The notes under the pieces: generated by a model
Seen by the model: only the letters and a program-made list of their open reading frames with translations
What the model was told of the DNA's origin: nothing
The model's database searches: none
Source: Candidatus Latescibacterota bacterium
GTDB taxonomy: Bacteria; Latescibacterota; UBA2968; UBA8231
Assembly (NCBI GenBank): GCA_965200315.1
Contig: OZ241362.1
Span: 3,584,001-3,648,000, forward strand
Length of the DNA stretch: 64,000 nt
Direction of reading: 5' to 3'
Shown: positions 48,559 through 58,345 of the stretch, one piece after another
Position numbering within the stretch: the stretch's first letter is position 1
Layout: the number at the start of each line of letters is the position of its first letter
Made by a program: the position numbers and the translations under genes

Positions 48559-49071
48559 ATGCGTTATGCTTGCTATGCCGTACTACTTTTTTCTCTTCTG
48601 TCCTGTCAAGTAATACCAGGAATCGTACCAGCCCCTATAGGGAACTACGACTTGAATGCCCTTGAAGTCATAGTCGAGCCTGAAAAGATCGAAGTGGGTG
48701 ACACGGTGATCCTTACGGCTTTCTTCGACAACAGAGGGCGTACTGCTATTCCGAAGAAATCATTTCGTGCTGAACTGCTCATCAACGGAGAGAGAGAATT
48801 TATTGATTACGAACCGGGTCCTGTTAAGGTTAAGGTTTACCAAGCGGATCCTGCCAAGGTTTACCAAGAGCCCCCTTCTCCCGAGATGCTTCATTATAAG
48901 AACATGGATTCTACTTTGTGGTATGAAATAGGTTTCACGCCTCCCGAACCGGGTACCTATCGCTACGAGTTCGTTCTCGATCGGGCTGACGATCTTCGTG
49001 AGACCAATGAGACGAACAATGTGGTGGAAAGTACGTTCGTCGTGGTTGCCAGCGGCGATGGGAGCAACTGA
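48559..49071 (+). CDS. Lipoprotein with CARDB-like Ig domain
   Basis: Lipobox LLSC, PGTY, RETNETNN. Confidence 0.7.
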   Translation: MRYACYAVLLFSLLSCQVIPGIVPAPIGNYDLNALEVIVEPEKIEVGDTVILTAFFDNRGRTAIPKKSFRAELLINGEREFIDYEPGPVKVKVYQADPAKVYQEPPSPEMLHYKNMDSTLWYEIGFTPPEPGTYRYEFVLDRADDLRETNETNNVVESTFVVVASGDGSN

Positions 49072-49124
49072 GAAGTCCTCGAAAAATCGCCTCAGCAACA
49101 ATTTATTATTTACGGTAAGTTCAG

Positions 49125-49345
49125 TACGACTTTCTAAATGGATGGTGTAAGCCATCGCATCTATCAAAGTTTCCCTTCTCTTTTTATTTCTGCCCGTATT
49201 TCAGTGTATTCCCGAAAATCGGTTGCCGATCCAACTCTAAGGCATCTTCTAAATCCTGAAGTCGTTGCATTAGAGAGCGATAATCTTCCATTGCTGTTTC
49301 TCGCCCTTTTTTATTTACGACATATCTCGGCTTGATATTGAGCAT
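49125..49345 (-). pseudogene. Decayed RelB-like antitoxin plus start of RelE-like toxin
   Basis: MLNIKPRYVVNKKGRETAMEDY..LQDLEDALELDR, frameshift to EIRAEIKREGKL*, then MAYTIHLESR truncated. Confidence 0.5.
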
Positions 49346-49394
49346 AGTCGTCTTTCTGTTGCGAGATTTTACGACTCAACGAAAGTCTGCACCT

Positions 49395-49706
49395 CTATTC
49401 GGGCAGCGCGATTTGGGGGTCGTCGGGGTCGGGGCGGTAGAGGAGCAGCGTGTGGCCCAAGACCTGCACTAGGTGTGACTCGGTAGCAGCGGCAAGCTGC
49501 TCGCCGGCTTCGCGGCGGTCGAGGGGGCTGTTGCGCTCGCAGCGCACCTTAACCAACTCGCTGTTGGCATAGGCTTCGTTGAGCGAGCGGATAACGGCAG
49601 CGGAAAGTCCCTCTTTGCCCAAATACACGGTCGGGCGCAGCGCGTTGCCTAGGCCACGCAAGTAGCGGCGGTCTTTGCCGCGCAGCATAGATGGGAAGTC
49701 TGTCAT
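49395..49706 (-). CDS. yhbY: YhbY (CRM domain) RNA-binding protein
   Basis: RRYLRGLG..LGKEGL, ELVKV, VQVLGHTLLLYR. Confidence 0.9.
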   Translation of the reverse strand: MTDFPSMLRGKDRRYLRGLGNALRPTVYLGKEGLSAAVIRSLNEAYANSELVKVRCERNSPLDRREAGEQLAAATESHLVQVLGHTLLLYRPDPDDPQIALPE

Positions 49707-49712
49707 GATTTA

Positions 49713-49902
49713 TAAGGCTCCATACTCATAGATAGGCGACGGCTTGCTCACGTGATACCGTGGGAAAATCTTCAAGGAATTTGTCGAGCAAATCCCCTGC
49801 GACAATATGCTAAATCAAAATTTCAACGGGAACGCGGTTTTCGGCAAAAACTAAGACACCATTCATAACCGCCGGATTACGAGAGACAATTGCCTTCTTC
49901 AT
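49713..49902 (-). pseudogene. DUF433 antitoxin pseudogene
   Basis: MKKAIVSRNPAVMNGVLVFAENRVPVEILI*HIVAGD..FLEDFPTVSREQAVAYL*, with in-frame stops. Confidence 0.75.
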
Positions 49903-50018
49903 AGGTTGAACCTCCGTTTCCTAAGGCTGAAGTGCAAATTGCGATAGCCTTAGCCTAGGTATTGAATATAGACGTGCCGTCCTGTCGAGTTGGAACGCTT
50001 TTTGCCGTTAGACTTGGT

Positions 50019-52418
50019 ATGTCTGCGAGCAAAAAGACGCTTCGGCGGCCCGCGCTGTGGACGGCCCTCGGATTCGGAATCGGCATTTTCTTAGGGCGGA
50101 CTGTGGAAATGGGCTTGGTTGCATCGGCAGCCCTGAGCAAGTTGGCACTTGTCGGCGCGGCCACAGGCTTCTATCGCAAGGCGCGTTGGACGGGGTGGAT
50201 GCTGTGGGTGGTCGTCGTCCTGTTAGGCGTTATGCGTTACCACATCGACACAGCTCTGTCCCCTTTGCCGCACTTAGTCGCGCTCGAGGTCTTTGGCCAG
50301 CGCGGCGTGGTCACCGGGCGCATCGTCCAAGAGCCAGAGCGCAGCGACGAGCGAATGCGCTTTGTCTTAGAATTGGAACAGGTGGTCGCCGACAGCGCCA
50401 TCTACCACTTGAGTGGGCGGGTGCTAGTCGCGGTAAAAGACGTGTACTTGCCGGCCGATTACGGCGACCGCGTATCCCTGCGCGGAAGGCTGCAACAGCC
50501 CCGTGCAATGCGAAATCCTGGTACATTCGACTACCGAGCCTTTTTGGCCCAGCAAGACATCTACGGTACGCTCTTCGTCGGCAAACCCGAGCAAGTCGTA
50601 TCCGTAGAGCGCTTGCCCGGGCACTGGCTGTACGAAGACGTGGTGTTGCCCCTTAGACGCTCGGTGCGCCAGAGCATTGAACGCAACCTCTCAGGAGCAC
50701 CGGCCGGACTGTTGCTGGGCGTTCTCTTGGGAGAGAAGCAACGGATTCCCGAACAGGTGCGCACTGCGTTTCGCAGCACCGGGCTGGCCCACGCGCTCGT
50801 AGTCAGTGGCCTCCACGTCGGGATGGTAGGCGGGTTCTTCTTCTTCGGCTTCCGGCTCCTGCGGCTCGCCGACCGACCGAGCTCCGCAGCCACCATCGCC
50901 GCACTGGTGCTCTATGCCCTCGCAACCGGGGCACAGGTGCCAGTGGTGAGAGCGGTACTGATGGGAGCGGTGGTGCTGTTGGGACGGGTGCTCCGGCGGC
51001 AGGGCGACATCTATAACACCCTTGGGCTGGCGGCGCTAGCGATCTTGGTGATATGGCCGGAGAGTCCGTGGAGCCTGAGCTTTCAACTATCCTTTGGCGC
51101 GACGTGGGCCATCGTCGCCTTGCACGGGCCGCTCGCCTCGCTTTTCCCCGCAGCCTTTCAACGCGCTGATAGCCGGGTCGGCCGCTGGGTCATAAGCCCC
51201 CTGTGCGCCTCGCTAGCGGCCCAGCTCGGCACGGGGCCTTTGATCGCCTATTCCTTTCAGCAGCTAGCACTCGGGGCCGTGGTGGTCAATATAGTGGTAG
51301 TGCCGATTTTGGCGCTCGCCGTAGGCTTGGGCCTGCTAGCCGCGTTGACGGGGTGGATTTTGCCCTCGATCGCCACCGCGTTCAACGCCGCCAATTACTT
51401 GGTCCTCGTGGGGCTGATCGAACTGGTCTCGTGGTGGGCCGCGCTACCCTTTGCATCTGTGGCCGTGCCGCGGCCGGGGGTGCTCTTTATCGCCGTGGCG
51501 GCCGCACTCTGCCTGCTCGGCCCGCTTCTGCTCCATAGGCCATGGGCGCGTAAAGCCGCCATTTTCGCGGCGCTCATCTATCTCAATGTCTCAGTATGGA
51601 CCTACGCGCTCCGCTCCCGCGACTTGGAGATCGTCTTTTTAGACGTGGGCCAAGGCGACGCGGCGTTTGTGCGCTTCCCCAACGGCAAAACCATGGTCGT
51701 CGATGGCGGCGAGCGCAGCGAATACTTCGACTGCGGAGAACAGGTGCTGTTGCCTTTCTTGCGCTACATGGGCGTCTGGCGGGTCGATGTCGTCCTGGCC
51801 TCGCATCCGCACAACGACCACATCGGCGGGCTGGTAGCCCTGTTGGAGCAAATGGAAGTCGGCCACTTTCTCGACAGCGGACAGGTCTATGACTCGTGGA
51901 CGGCGCGGCGGCTGCGGGAACTCATTGCCGAGCGGAATGTACGCTACCACCGGGTCGCAGCGGGCGACAGCTTGGCGGGTTTGGGCGGAGTCGCGGGACT
52001 GGTCCTGCATCCGACTGCGGACTTTGTCGATGCAGACGGCAACACTCCTTTGGGCCTCAACAACGGTTCAGTGGTCTTTAGCTTACAGCACGGAGCCGTG
52101 CGAGTGCTCTTTACCGGCGATGTAGAGCAAGAGACCGATCCGGCGATCCTCGCTTGGGGGGCGCGGCTACAGGCGCACTTGCTCAAGGTGGCTCACCACG
52201 GCTCGCACACCTCGTCGCAGCCGCTTTTTGTCTCAGCGGTTGCGCCGGCAGTGGCGGTGATGTCGCTGGGAGAGGGCAACAAGTTCAAGCACCCGGCCCC
52301 AGAAGTCGTCGCACGCTACGCAGCGCACGGGGCGCGGGTGCTGCGCACCGACCGCAGCGGTGCGGTGCAAGTGAGGATTGACGGCGCGAACACGGCCGTG
52401 CAGACGCTGCTGGAGTGA
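50019..52418 (+). CDS. comEC: Competence protein ComEC/Rec2
   Basis: RNPGTFDY, HALVVSGLH, DVGQGD, SHPHNDHIGG, HHGS, RTD. Confidence 0.93.
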   Translation: MSASKKTLRRPALWTALGFGIGIFLGRTVEMGLVASAALSKLALVGAATGFYRKARWTGWMLWVVVVLLGVMRYHIDTALSPLPHLVALEVFGQRGVVTGRIVQEPERSDERMRFVLELEQVVADSAIYHLSGRVLVAVKDVYLPADYGDRVSLRGRLQQPRAMRNPGTFDYRAFLAQQDIYGTLFVGKPEQVVSVERLPGHWLYEDVVLPLRRSVRQSIERNLSGAPAGLLLGVLLGEKQRIPEQVRTAFRSTGLAHALVVSGLHVGMVGGFFFFGFRLLRLADRPSSAATIAALVLYALATGAQVPVVRAVLMGAVVLLGRVLRRQGDIYNTLGLAALAILVIWPESPWSLSFQLSFGATWAIVALHGPLASLFPAAFQRADSRVGRWVISPLCASLAAQLGTGPLIAYSFQQLALGAVVVNIVVVPILALAVGLGLLAALTGWILPSIATAFNAANYLVLVGLIELVSWWAALPFASVAVPRPGVLFIAVAAALCLLGPLLLHRPWARKAAIFAALIYLNVSVWTYALRSRDLEIVFLDVGQGDAAFVRFPNGKTMVVDGGERSEYFDCGEQVLLPFLRYMGVWRVDVVLASHPHNDHIGGLVALLEQMEVGHFLDSGQVYDSWTARRLRELIAERNVRYHRVAAGDSLAGLGGVAGLVLHPTADFVDADGNTPLGLNNGSVVFSLQHGAVRVLFTGDVEQETDPAILAWGARLQAHLLKVAHHGSHTSSQPLFVSAVAPAVAVMSLGEGNKFKHPAPEVVARYAAHGARVLRTDRSGAVQVRIDGANTAVQTLLE

Positions 52419-52554
52419 GAGCTATTTTGCCCCCTCTTAAAGTTTGGCACGGCGAGAGGCCCACCAGTAATCTTGGTAACTCAGGAGCACGACGCATGAA
52501 GCTTTTGGCAGGAGGAGACAAATGGTAAAGGTTGCTACTATTCGGCGTCCATCG

Positions 52555-52770
52555 GCGGATTATCTTATGAATGTATGAATGATGTAGGGTTGCTATAGCA
52601 ATCCTACATGACTTGCGGTGCTTGCCGGGTTGTGCTCTCAGCGAACTTAGCCCGGCCGGTGCCTAATGTGTGTGCGTACCGGCTGTTGCCGGCCGGCGGG
52701 CGAGACGCCCGCGCACCCAGACACCCGCGCACCCAGACGCCCGCGCACCCAGACGCCCGCGCACCCAGCG
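52555..52770. mobile_element. Junction of two MITE-like ends plus REP-like hairpin
   Basis: Palindrome atgtagggttgc-TATA-gcaatcctacat (52582-52609); right arm matches 10195-10240, left arm matches 9796-9832 as reverse complement. Confidence 0.7.
52703..52766. repeat. 16-bp tandem repeat (AGACGCCCGCGCACCC) x4
   Basis: Read directly; one unit has a G>A change. Confidence 0.9.
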
Positions 52771-52808
52771 AGTAGAACGAATCAAAAACGACCCGTAACT
52801 GAAGTCCC

Positions 52809-53897
52809 CTACTCTCCCAACCCCAATTCGGGCCGCTCAATCAAGGCCCGCAGGCGGTCGAGGAAGCGGGCCGCCGCGCCGTTTTCGAGTAGCCGACTCT
52901 CAACCGTCAGACTCAAAGCGATCAACGCCCGCGGCACCACGCGGCCCTCGCGCACGGCCGGGCGCTCGACAATGCGCCCTAGTCCCAAAGCAGCGCGGTG
53001 GGGAGGGCGGAGGATCGGGGTAAAGGCATCGATGCCGTACATGCCGAGGTTGGCGATGGCAAAGGTGCCGCCCTGCACGACCTCCGGCTCCAAGGTGCGT
53101 CGCCGCGCCTGAAGCGCTAGGGAGCGGGCCGCGGCCGCGAGTTCGGCCCAGCTTTTGGTATGCGCGTCGCGGATGACCGGAGTCGTCAAGCCATCGCCCG
53201 TATCTACGGCGAGGCTGAGATGGACGGCCTCTGTCTCTGCGGCATTCAACTGAGGATGCTCGGCCAAGGCCACGACCGCTAGCTTGGCAATCAGGTGGTG
53301 ATACGCAGGGGCCGGCGCGTCTTCTGCTTTGAGCTGCGACCACAACGTCACCAGCTCGGTAGCATCTGCTTCGGTCGTCAGGATCGCCGGGAGCGTTTGG
53401 CCGCTGCGGGCGGCGACCGCACGAACGTCGCGCTCGACGATCCGGCCCGTGCGTCCACTGCCGGTGAGTACGCGCCATTCCACCCCGAGTGCCGAGGCCA
53501 CGCGCCGGGCGCGAGGGCTGATGGTCGGTCCTGCGGAGCGAGCTGGCGCAGACGTTGGGGCTGGCTCTGGCTTTGCTACGGACGCCGGTTCTGCAGGCGT
53601 TGGAACCGGTTCTGCGGCGGGAGTTGGAGCCGGCGCAGTCGGCATTTCCTCGCCGGGCTGCAACAGATAGCCCAACAGGGTGCCCACCGGCACGGTATCG
53701 CCGGGTTGGGGCGCGTCCGGGGGGATGCGCAGGATACCGCCGGAAAAGGTCTCGATCTCGTTGAGGGCCTTGTCGCTTTCTACCGTAAAGAGGATTTCGC
53801 CAGCCTCAACCGCGTCGCCATCGGCTTTGAGCCACTCGACGAGCGTACCCTCCTCCATGGTCCACCCCAAGCGGGGCATTGCGATTGCCTCGGCCAT
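52809..53897 (-). CDS. 2-oxoacid/acetoin dehydrogenase E2-like protein (degenerate catalytic site)
   Basis: Lipoyl domain VESDKA, E3-binding SPRARR..GSGRTGRI; catalytic DHR motif reads ESR. Confidence 0.85.
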   Translation of the reverse strand: MAEAIAMPRLGWTMEEGTLVEWLKADGDAVEAGEILFTVESDKALNEIETFSGGILRIPPDAPQPGDTVPVGTLLGYLLQPGEEMPTAPAPTPAAEPVPTPAEPASVAKPEPAPTSAPARSAGPTISPRARRVASALGVEWRVLTGSGRTGRIVERDVRAVAARSGQTLPAILTTEADATELVTLWSQLKAEDAPAPAYHHLIAKLAVVALAEHPQLNAAETEAVHLSLAVDTGDGLTTPVIRDAHTKSWAELAAAARSLALQARRRTLEPEVVQGGTFAIANLGMYGIDAFTPILRPPHRAALGLGRIVERPAVREGRVVPRALIALSLTVESRLLENGAAARFLDRLRALIERPELGLGE

Positions 53898-53907
53898 GCG
53901 CTTGATC

Positions 53908-54885
53908 CTACTCGGCCATCAGGTCGCGGATGGCCCGTTCTAGGTCCTTCCTGTTGGGCGCGACCGCGGCCTCTAAGGACGCGCTGTACGGCGTGGGTAC
54001 ATGCGCGCCGTTGAGGCGGCGCACCGGCGCGTCGAGGTCGTCGAAGGCCCGGTCAACCACTTCGGCGGCGATTTCCGCACCCATGCCACAGGGAGCAAAG
54101 GTCTCATCGGCGATCAGCAGGCGGCCCGTCCGGTGTACGGATTCGAGTACCGTATCAATGTCGAGGGGAGACGTAGTGCGGGGGTCGATGACTTCGACCG
54201 AGATGCCCTCGCCGGATAGGGCCTCGGCGACTTGGAGCGTCTCGGGCACCATGGTCGTCAGGGCCACGACGGTCAGGTGCTCGCCGCGGCGGCACACGGC
54301 CGCTTGGCCAAAGGGAATAGAGTACGCCTCTGCTGGGACTTCGCCTCGGGTGTTGAGCAAGGACTTGTGTTCGAGGAAGAGCACCGGGTCGTCGCCGCGC
54401 AGGGCTGTCTTGAGCAGGCCCTTGGCGTCGTACGGGTTGGACGGCACCGCGACCTTAAAGCCGGGCAGATGCGTAAAGATCGGATAGTAATTGCCCGAGT
54501 GATGGGTAGCGGCCGCGCCGCCGACGCCAATGCAGCCGCGCAGGACGATGGGCATTTTCAGGCGGCCGCTGCTCATGTATTGCATCTTGGCGATCTGGTT
54601 GACCAGTTCACCGAACGCATCGAGGATGAAGTCCAAGAACATGAAATCCACTACGGGCCGCGTACCGGTCATGGCTGCGCCGGCGCACAAACCGACGAAG
54701 CCGCGCTCGCATATCGGGGTGTCGCGCAGACGCTGCGGGCCGTACAGATCGAAGAGGCCGGTGGTGGTGTTGAAGTTGCCGCCGCGCGGACCAATGCCTT
54801 CGCCGACGACGAAAATGGTCTCGTCACGCGCCATCTCCTCGGCCAGGGCTTGGTGCGCCGCTTCTACATACGTGAGTTCGGGCAT
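53908..54885 (-). CDS. 2-oxoacid/acetoin dehydrogenase E1 beta
   Basis: DTPICE, HHS, PSNPYDAKGLL, EHK, VIDPRT. Confidence 0.93.
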   Translation of the reverse strand: MPELTYVEAAHQALAEEMARDETIFVVGEGIGPRGGNFNTTTGLFDLYGPQRLRDTPICERGFVGLCAGAAMTGTRPVVDFMFLDFILDAFGELVNQIAKMQYMSSGRLKMPIVLRGCIGVGGAAATHHSGNYYPIFTHLPGFKVAVPSNPYDAKGLLKTALRGDDPVLFLEHKSLLNTRGEVPAEAYSIPFGQAAVCRRGEHLTVVALTTMVPETLQVAEALSGEGISVEVIDPRTTSPLDIDTVLESVHRTGRLLIADETFAPCGMGAEIAAEVVDRAFDDLDAPVRRLNGAHVPTPYSASLEAAVAPNRKDLERAIRDLMAE

Positions 54886-55883
54886 TACGCGCCGCCCCTT
54901 TGGCTAAAGACGTGGTCGGCCACGGTGGCCGGGTCGGGCCACGGGCTGTCGTGGGCAAATTGCAGGGCCTCGGCGATCAGCGCGGAGACGTCCGCTGTGA
55001 TCGCGTCGAGTTCTTCTTGGCGGGCGTGGCCTGCATCTAGCAGCCGCTGGGCAAAGGCCGGGATGGGATCGCGCTTTTTCCACGCGTCGATTTCCTCGGT
55101 GGAGCGATAGCCCCCGTCGCGCATTCCCTCGGCGTGGGGCCGGGTGCGGTAGGTCTTGCACTCCATGAGAGTTGGGCCGCCGCCTTGGCGGGCGCGCGTT
55201 ATCGCTTCGCCAGCCGTCGCGTACACCTCCGCTAAGTCGTTGCCGTCGACGGCGATGCCGGGCAGTCCGTAGGCTGCGGCGCGGTTGGCCACCCGTGGAT
55301 TGCGAGTGGTATCGACAAAAGCCACTTCCGTGGCGTAGAGGTTGTTTTCGCAGACGAAGAGCACCGGCAACTGCCAGTTGGTCGCTAGGTTGATGCCTTC
55401 GTGGAAGGCACCGTTGGCTACCGCTCCGTCGCCAAAGAACGCCACGCCGACCTTGGGGACCCCCAAGAGCTTAAAGGAGTAGCCAGCCCCGGCGGCTTGG
55501 AGGATGCAGGGGCCGACGATGCCGCTGGTGCCCATCATCCCCACTTGCGGCGAGAAAAGGTGCATGGAGCCGCCGCGCCCCTGCGAGCAGCCGGTGGCTT
55601 TGCCAAAAAGCTCGGCGATCAGCTCCTTGGGCGGTACGCCTTTGGCGAGGGCGTGGCCGTGGCCGCGATGTGTGCTAAAGACCGCGTCGTCGTCGTTGAG
55701 GTGGGCGCAAACGCCGGTGGCAATGGCTTCCTCGCCGACATACGTGTGGCAGGCACCGGGAATCAAGCCGGCTTGGTAGGACCGGGCGAGTTGCTCTTCG
55801 CAGCGGCGGATGACCAGCATCTGGCGATAGAGTGCCAGACAGGTATCCTTATCGGGCAGAACTGCTTCGGTTGAGGTAGGCAT
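54885..55883 (-). CDS. 2-oxoacid/acetoin dehydrogenase E1 alpha (ThDP)
   Basis: THRGHGH, GRGGSMH, GDGA..ENN, TYR..H. Confidence 0.93.
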   Translation of the reverse strand: MPTSTEAVLPDKDTCLALYRQMLVIRRCEEQLARSYQAGLIPGACHTYVGEEAIATGVCAHLNDDDAVFSTHRGHGHALAKGVPPKELIAELFGKATGCSQGRGGSMHLFSPQVGMMGTSGIVGPCILQAAGAGYSFKLLGVPKVGVAFFGDGAVANGAFHEGINLATNWQLPVLFVCENNLYATEVAFVDTTRNPRVANRAAAYGLPGIAVDGNDLAEVYATAGEAITRARQGGGPTLMECKTYRTRPHAEGMRDGGYRSTEEIDAWKKRDPIPAFAQRLLDAGHARQEELDAITADVSALIAEALQFAHDSPWPDPATVADHVFSQRGGA

Positions 55884-56162
55884 GGCGGCGAATATAGCGA
55901 TTTTTTTGTCTTTGAAAAACTACCCGCGTGGCTCGCGGCCATTGTCGTCTTCTCCCCCGGATTCTGTCAAGGAAAGCTAGCGGTTCAACGGTCTCAATTC
56001 CGCGTTCAAAATGGGGCTTGTCTGCGGGGGTCATCTAAGAAGTCTTTATCATACGACACCAAGAATGGAGGAAATGTTATTGACGTAGGATCGGATGTCG
56101 CGTCTCAATCCGAGGAATTGAGCGTTATCGAATTGGCCACCGCCCCACCAATTACGGCCCAA

Positions 56163-56729
56163 TCACAGATCGATCCAGTAGCGCAATTTCTCAATGCACT
56201 GCGCGGGTTTGCGGCCCTCGGCGCGAAATGTTTGGCTGGGCATGGGCATCGCGCTCTCGAATTGGCCGCCGTTGTGCTCGATGATCTTGCGCGAGCCAAT
56301 GTTGTCTGAGTCGCAGGTGACCAGCACGCGGCGCAGTCCGATTTCCCGCGATACCACCAGCGTCAGGGCGAGGATGGCCTTGCCGTAACCGCGGCACCGC
56401 CGCGAGGGTCGGATGCTGTAGCCAATGTGCCCTCCGTAGGTGAGCAAATACGGAGTGCAGAGCTCGGGCCTTATGGAAGTTTGGCCGATGTACTCGCCGT
56501 CGTGTACGAGCCAGAGTACTTGGTCTGGGTACCGCGTCCGCGAGCGCGTCGCGTCGGCGAGGGCCTTGAGGTCGCGCACAAATTGCGGGAACTGGTCGGC
56601 GAGGGAATCGCTCTCGTAGCCGAGGAATCGGGCGTACGTCGAATCGAAACGGCCTTCGGCTGAGAACTCGGCCGCGCCCTCTAGGAAGCTATCCCGGTAC
56701 AGGAGGGAGGGAGGGACGAGGCATTGCAT
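56163..56729 (-). CDS. GNAT acetyltransferase
   Basis: GGHIGYSIRPS.R..G, VTCDSDNIGSRKIIEHNGG. Confidence 0.88.
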   Translation of the reverse strand: MQCLVPPSLLYRDSFLEGAAEFSAEGRFDSTYARFLGYESDSLADQFPQFVRDLKALADATRSRTRYPDQVLWLVHDGEYIGQTSIRPELCTPYLLTYGGHIGYSIRPSRRCRGYGKAILALTLVVSREIGLRRVLVTCDSDNIGSRKIIEHNGGQFESAMPMPSQTFRAEGRKPAQCIEKLRYWIDL

Positions 56730-56858
56730 GAGTTAGATATAACATGGTAGGCAGAATTGTGCAGATGAGGGGCAAGGATAGGGTGTGGCGGCTAGACCGT
56801 CAACTTGGCGAGGCGCACTTGCCCATTCGCAGGCACGGGTCTTAATTGCCTACATAGT

Positions 56859-56960
56859 ATGGAGCGGCCCACTGGCCAACTCGCCGAGCTGTTCAAGGCG
56901 AATTTCGCCGCTTTTGCAGACGAGGCTCCAACGACCGTAAAGCAAGCCGGACCGGCGTGA
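56859..56960 (+). pseudogene. Possible remnant of an ArsR-family regulator (SahR-like) upstream of ahcY
   Basis: 33-aa ORF MERPTGQLAELFKA..; the ArsR helix-1-like start does not continue. Confidence 0.35.
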
Positions 56961-57009
56961 AGAATTTGCCACCTAACAAAAGCACTCATCACCTACCAAG
57001 GAGAACTCA

Positions 57010-58332
57010 ATGGAAATCGCGGCGCAAAAGACCGCTGACCTAGACTACAAGGTCGCCGACCTCGCGCTGGCCGAATGGGGCCGGCAGGAAATCATTCTCG
57101 CCGAGCAAGAGATGCCCGGGCTGATGGCTCTGCGCGAAGAGTATGAGGCGACCCAACCGCTCGCGGGTGCGCGGATCGCCGGCTCCTTGCATGCGACAAT
57201 TCAGACCGCCGTACTCGTCGAGACGCTTACCGCACTCGGGGCGCAAGTGCGCTGGTGCTCGTGCAACATCTTCTCGACCCAAGATCACGCGGCCGCGGCC
57301 CTCGCTGCCACCGGCATCCCGATCTTCGCTTGGAAGGGCGAGACCGAAGACGAGTACTGGTGGTGTACCGAGCAAACCCTGCGCTGGCCCGACGGCGCTG
57401 GCCCCAACCTTATCCTCGACGACGGCGGCGACCTGACCAAGTGGATCCACGAAAAGCACCCAGAGCTTTTGCCGGGCCTGCGCGGCATCTCCGAGGAGAC
57501 GACTACTGGCGTCCATCACCTCTACCAGATGCTCGAAGCCGGGACGCTCGCCGTGCCGGCGATCAATGTCAACGACAGCGTCACCAAGTCGAAGTTCGAC
57601 AACCTCTACGGCTGCCGCGAGTCCCTCGCCGACGGCATCAAGCGCGCTACCGACATAATGATCGCCGGCAAGGTCGTAGTGGTCGCTGGCTATGGCGATG
57701 TTGGCAAGGGATGCGCCGACGCCATGCGAGGCTTGGGGGCGCGGGTGATCGTCACCGAGATCGATCCGATCTGCGCGTTGCAAGCGGCCATGGAAGGATA
57801 CGAGGTCAAGAAGATGGACGACGCCATCGCCGAAGGCGATATCTTCGTCACGGCCACCGGGTGCCGCGACATCATTCGCATCGACCATATCGAGCGGATG
57901 AAAGACGGAGCCATCATCTGCAACATCGGCCACTTTGACGTCGAAATCCAAGTGGCCGAACTAGTGGGCTATCTCGGGATCGAGCGCGTTGAGATCAAAC
58001 CGCAAGTCGATAAGTTCACCTTTCCCGATGGACGCAGCGTCATCCTGTTGGCCGAGGGCCGCTTGGTCAATTTAGGCTGCGCCACCGGGCACCCCTCTTT
58101 TGTCATGTCCAATTCGTTTACCAACCAAGTCTTGGCACAGATTGAGTTGCACATCCGCCACGAACAATACCCGGTCGGCGTGTACATGTTGCCCAAGCAC
58201 CTCGACGAGAAGGTGGCGCGGCTCCATCTGCAAAAGCTAGGAGTCGAAATCGACTCACTAGACGACGACCAAGCCGCGTATTTGGGAATCCCGGTGGAAG
58301 GCCCGTACAAGCCGGAGCACTATCGCTACTAG
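57010..58332 (+). CDS. ahcY: Adenosylhomocysteinase
   Basis: [43 protein letters not shown]. Confidence 0.98.
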   Translation: MEIAAQKTADLDYKVADLALAEWGRQEIILAEQEMPGLMALREEYEATQPLAGARIAGSLHATIQTAVLVETLTALGAQVRWCSCNIFSTQDHAAAALAATGIPIFAWKGETEDEYWWCTEQTLRWPDGAGPNLILDDGGDLTKWIHEKHPELLPGLRGISEETTTGVHHLYQMLEAGTLAVPAINVNDSVTKSKFDNLYGCRESLADGIKRATDIMIAGKVVVVAGYGDVGKGCADAMRGLGARVIVTEIDPICALQAAMEGYEVKKMDDAIAEGDIFVTATGCRDIIRIDHIERMKDGAIICNIGHFDVEIQVAELVGYLGIERVEIKPQVDKFTFPDGRSVILLAEGRLVNLGCATGHPSFVMSNSFTNQVLAQIELHIRHEQYPVGVYMLPKHLDEKVARLHLQKLGVEIDSLDDDQAAYLGIPVEGPYKPEHYRY

Positions 58333-58345
58333 CAACTAGCATCCC

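Noticed and set aside
48820-48872. Short duplication AAGGTTTACCAAG in the lipoprotein gene
   Set aside because: Single in-frame local duplication (KVYQ x2) with no evidence of a diversifying mechanism
55884-56160. Repeated gtctcaat words in an intergenic gap
   Set aside because: Too short and irregular to support an array or element
56850-57000. SAH riboswitch upstream of ahcY
   Set aside because: tggagc/gctcca can pair, but the GAGGAGCG..CAGGCUC..AACGxCGCUC consensus is not properly matched
57040-57951. Long antisense/alternate-frame ORFs (here and throughout)
   Set aside because: Shadow ORFs expected in high-GC DNA opposite well-supported genes
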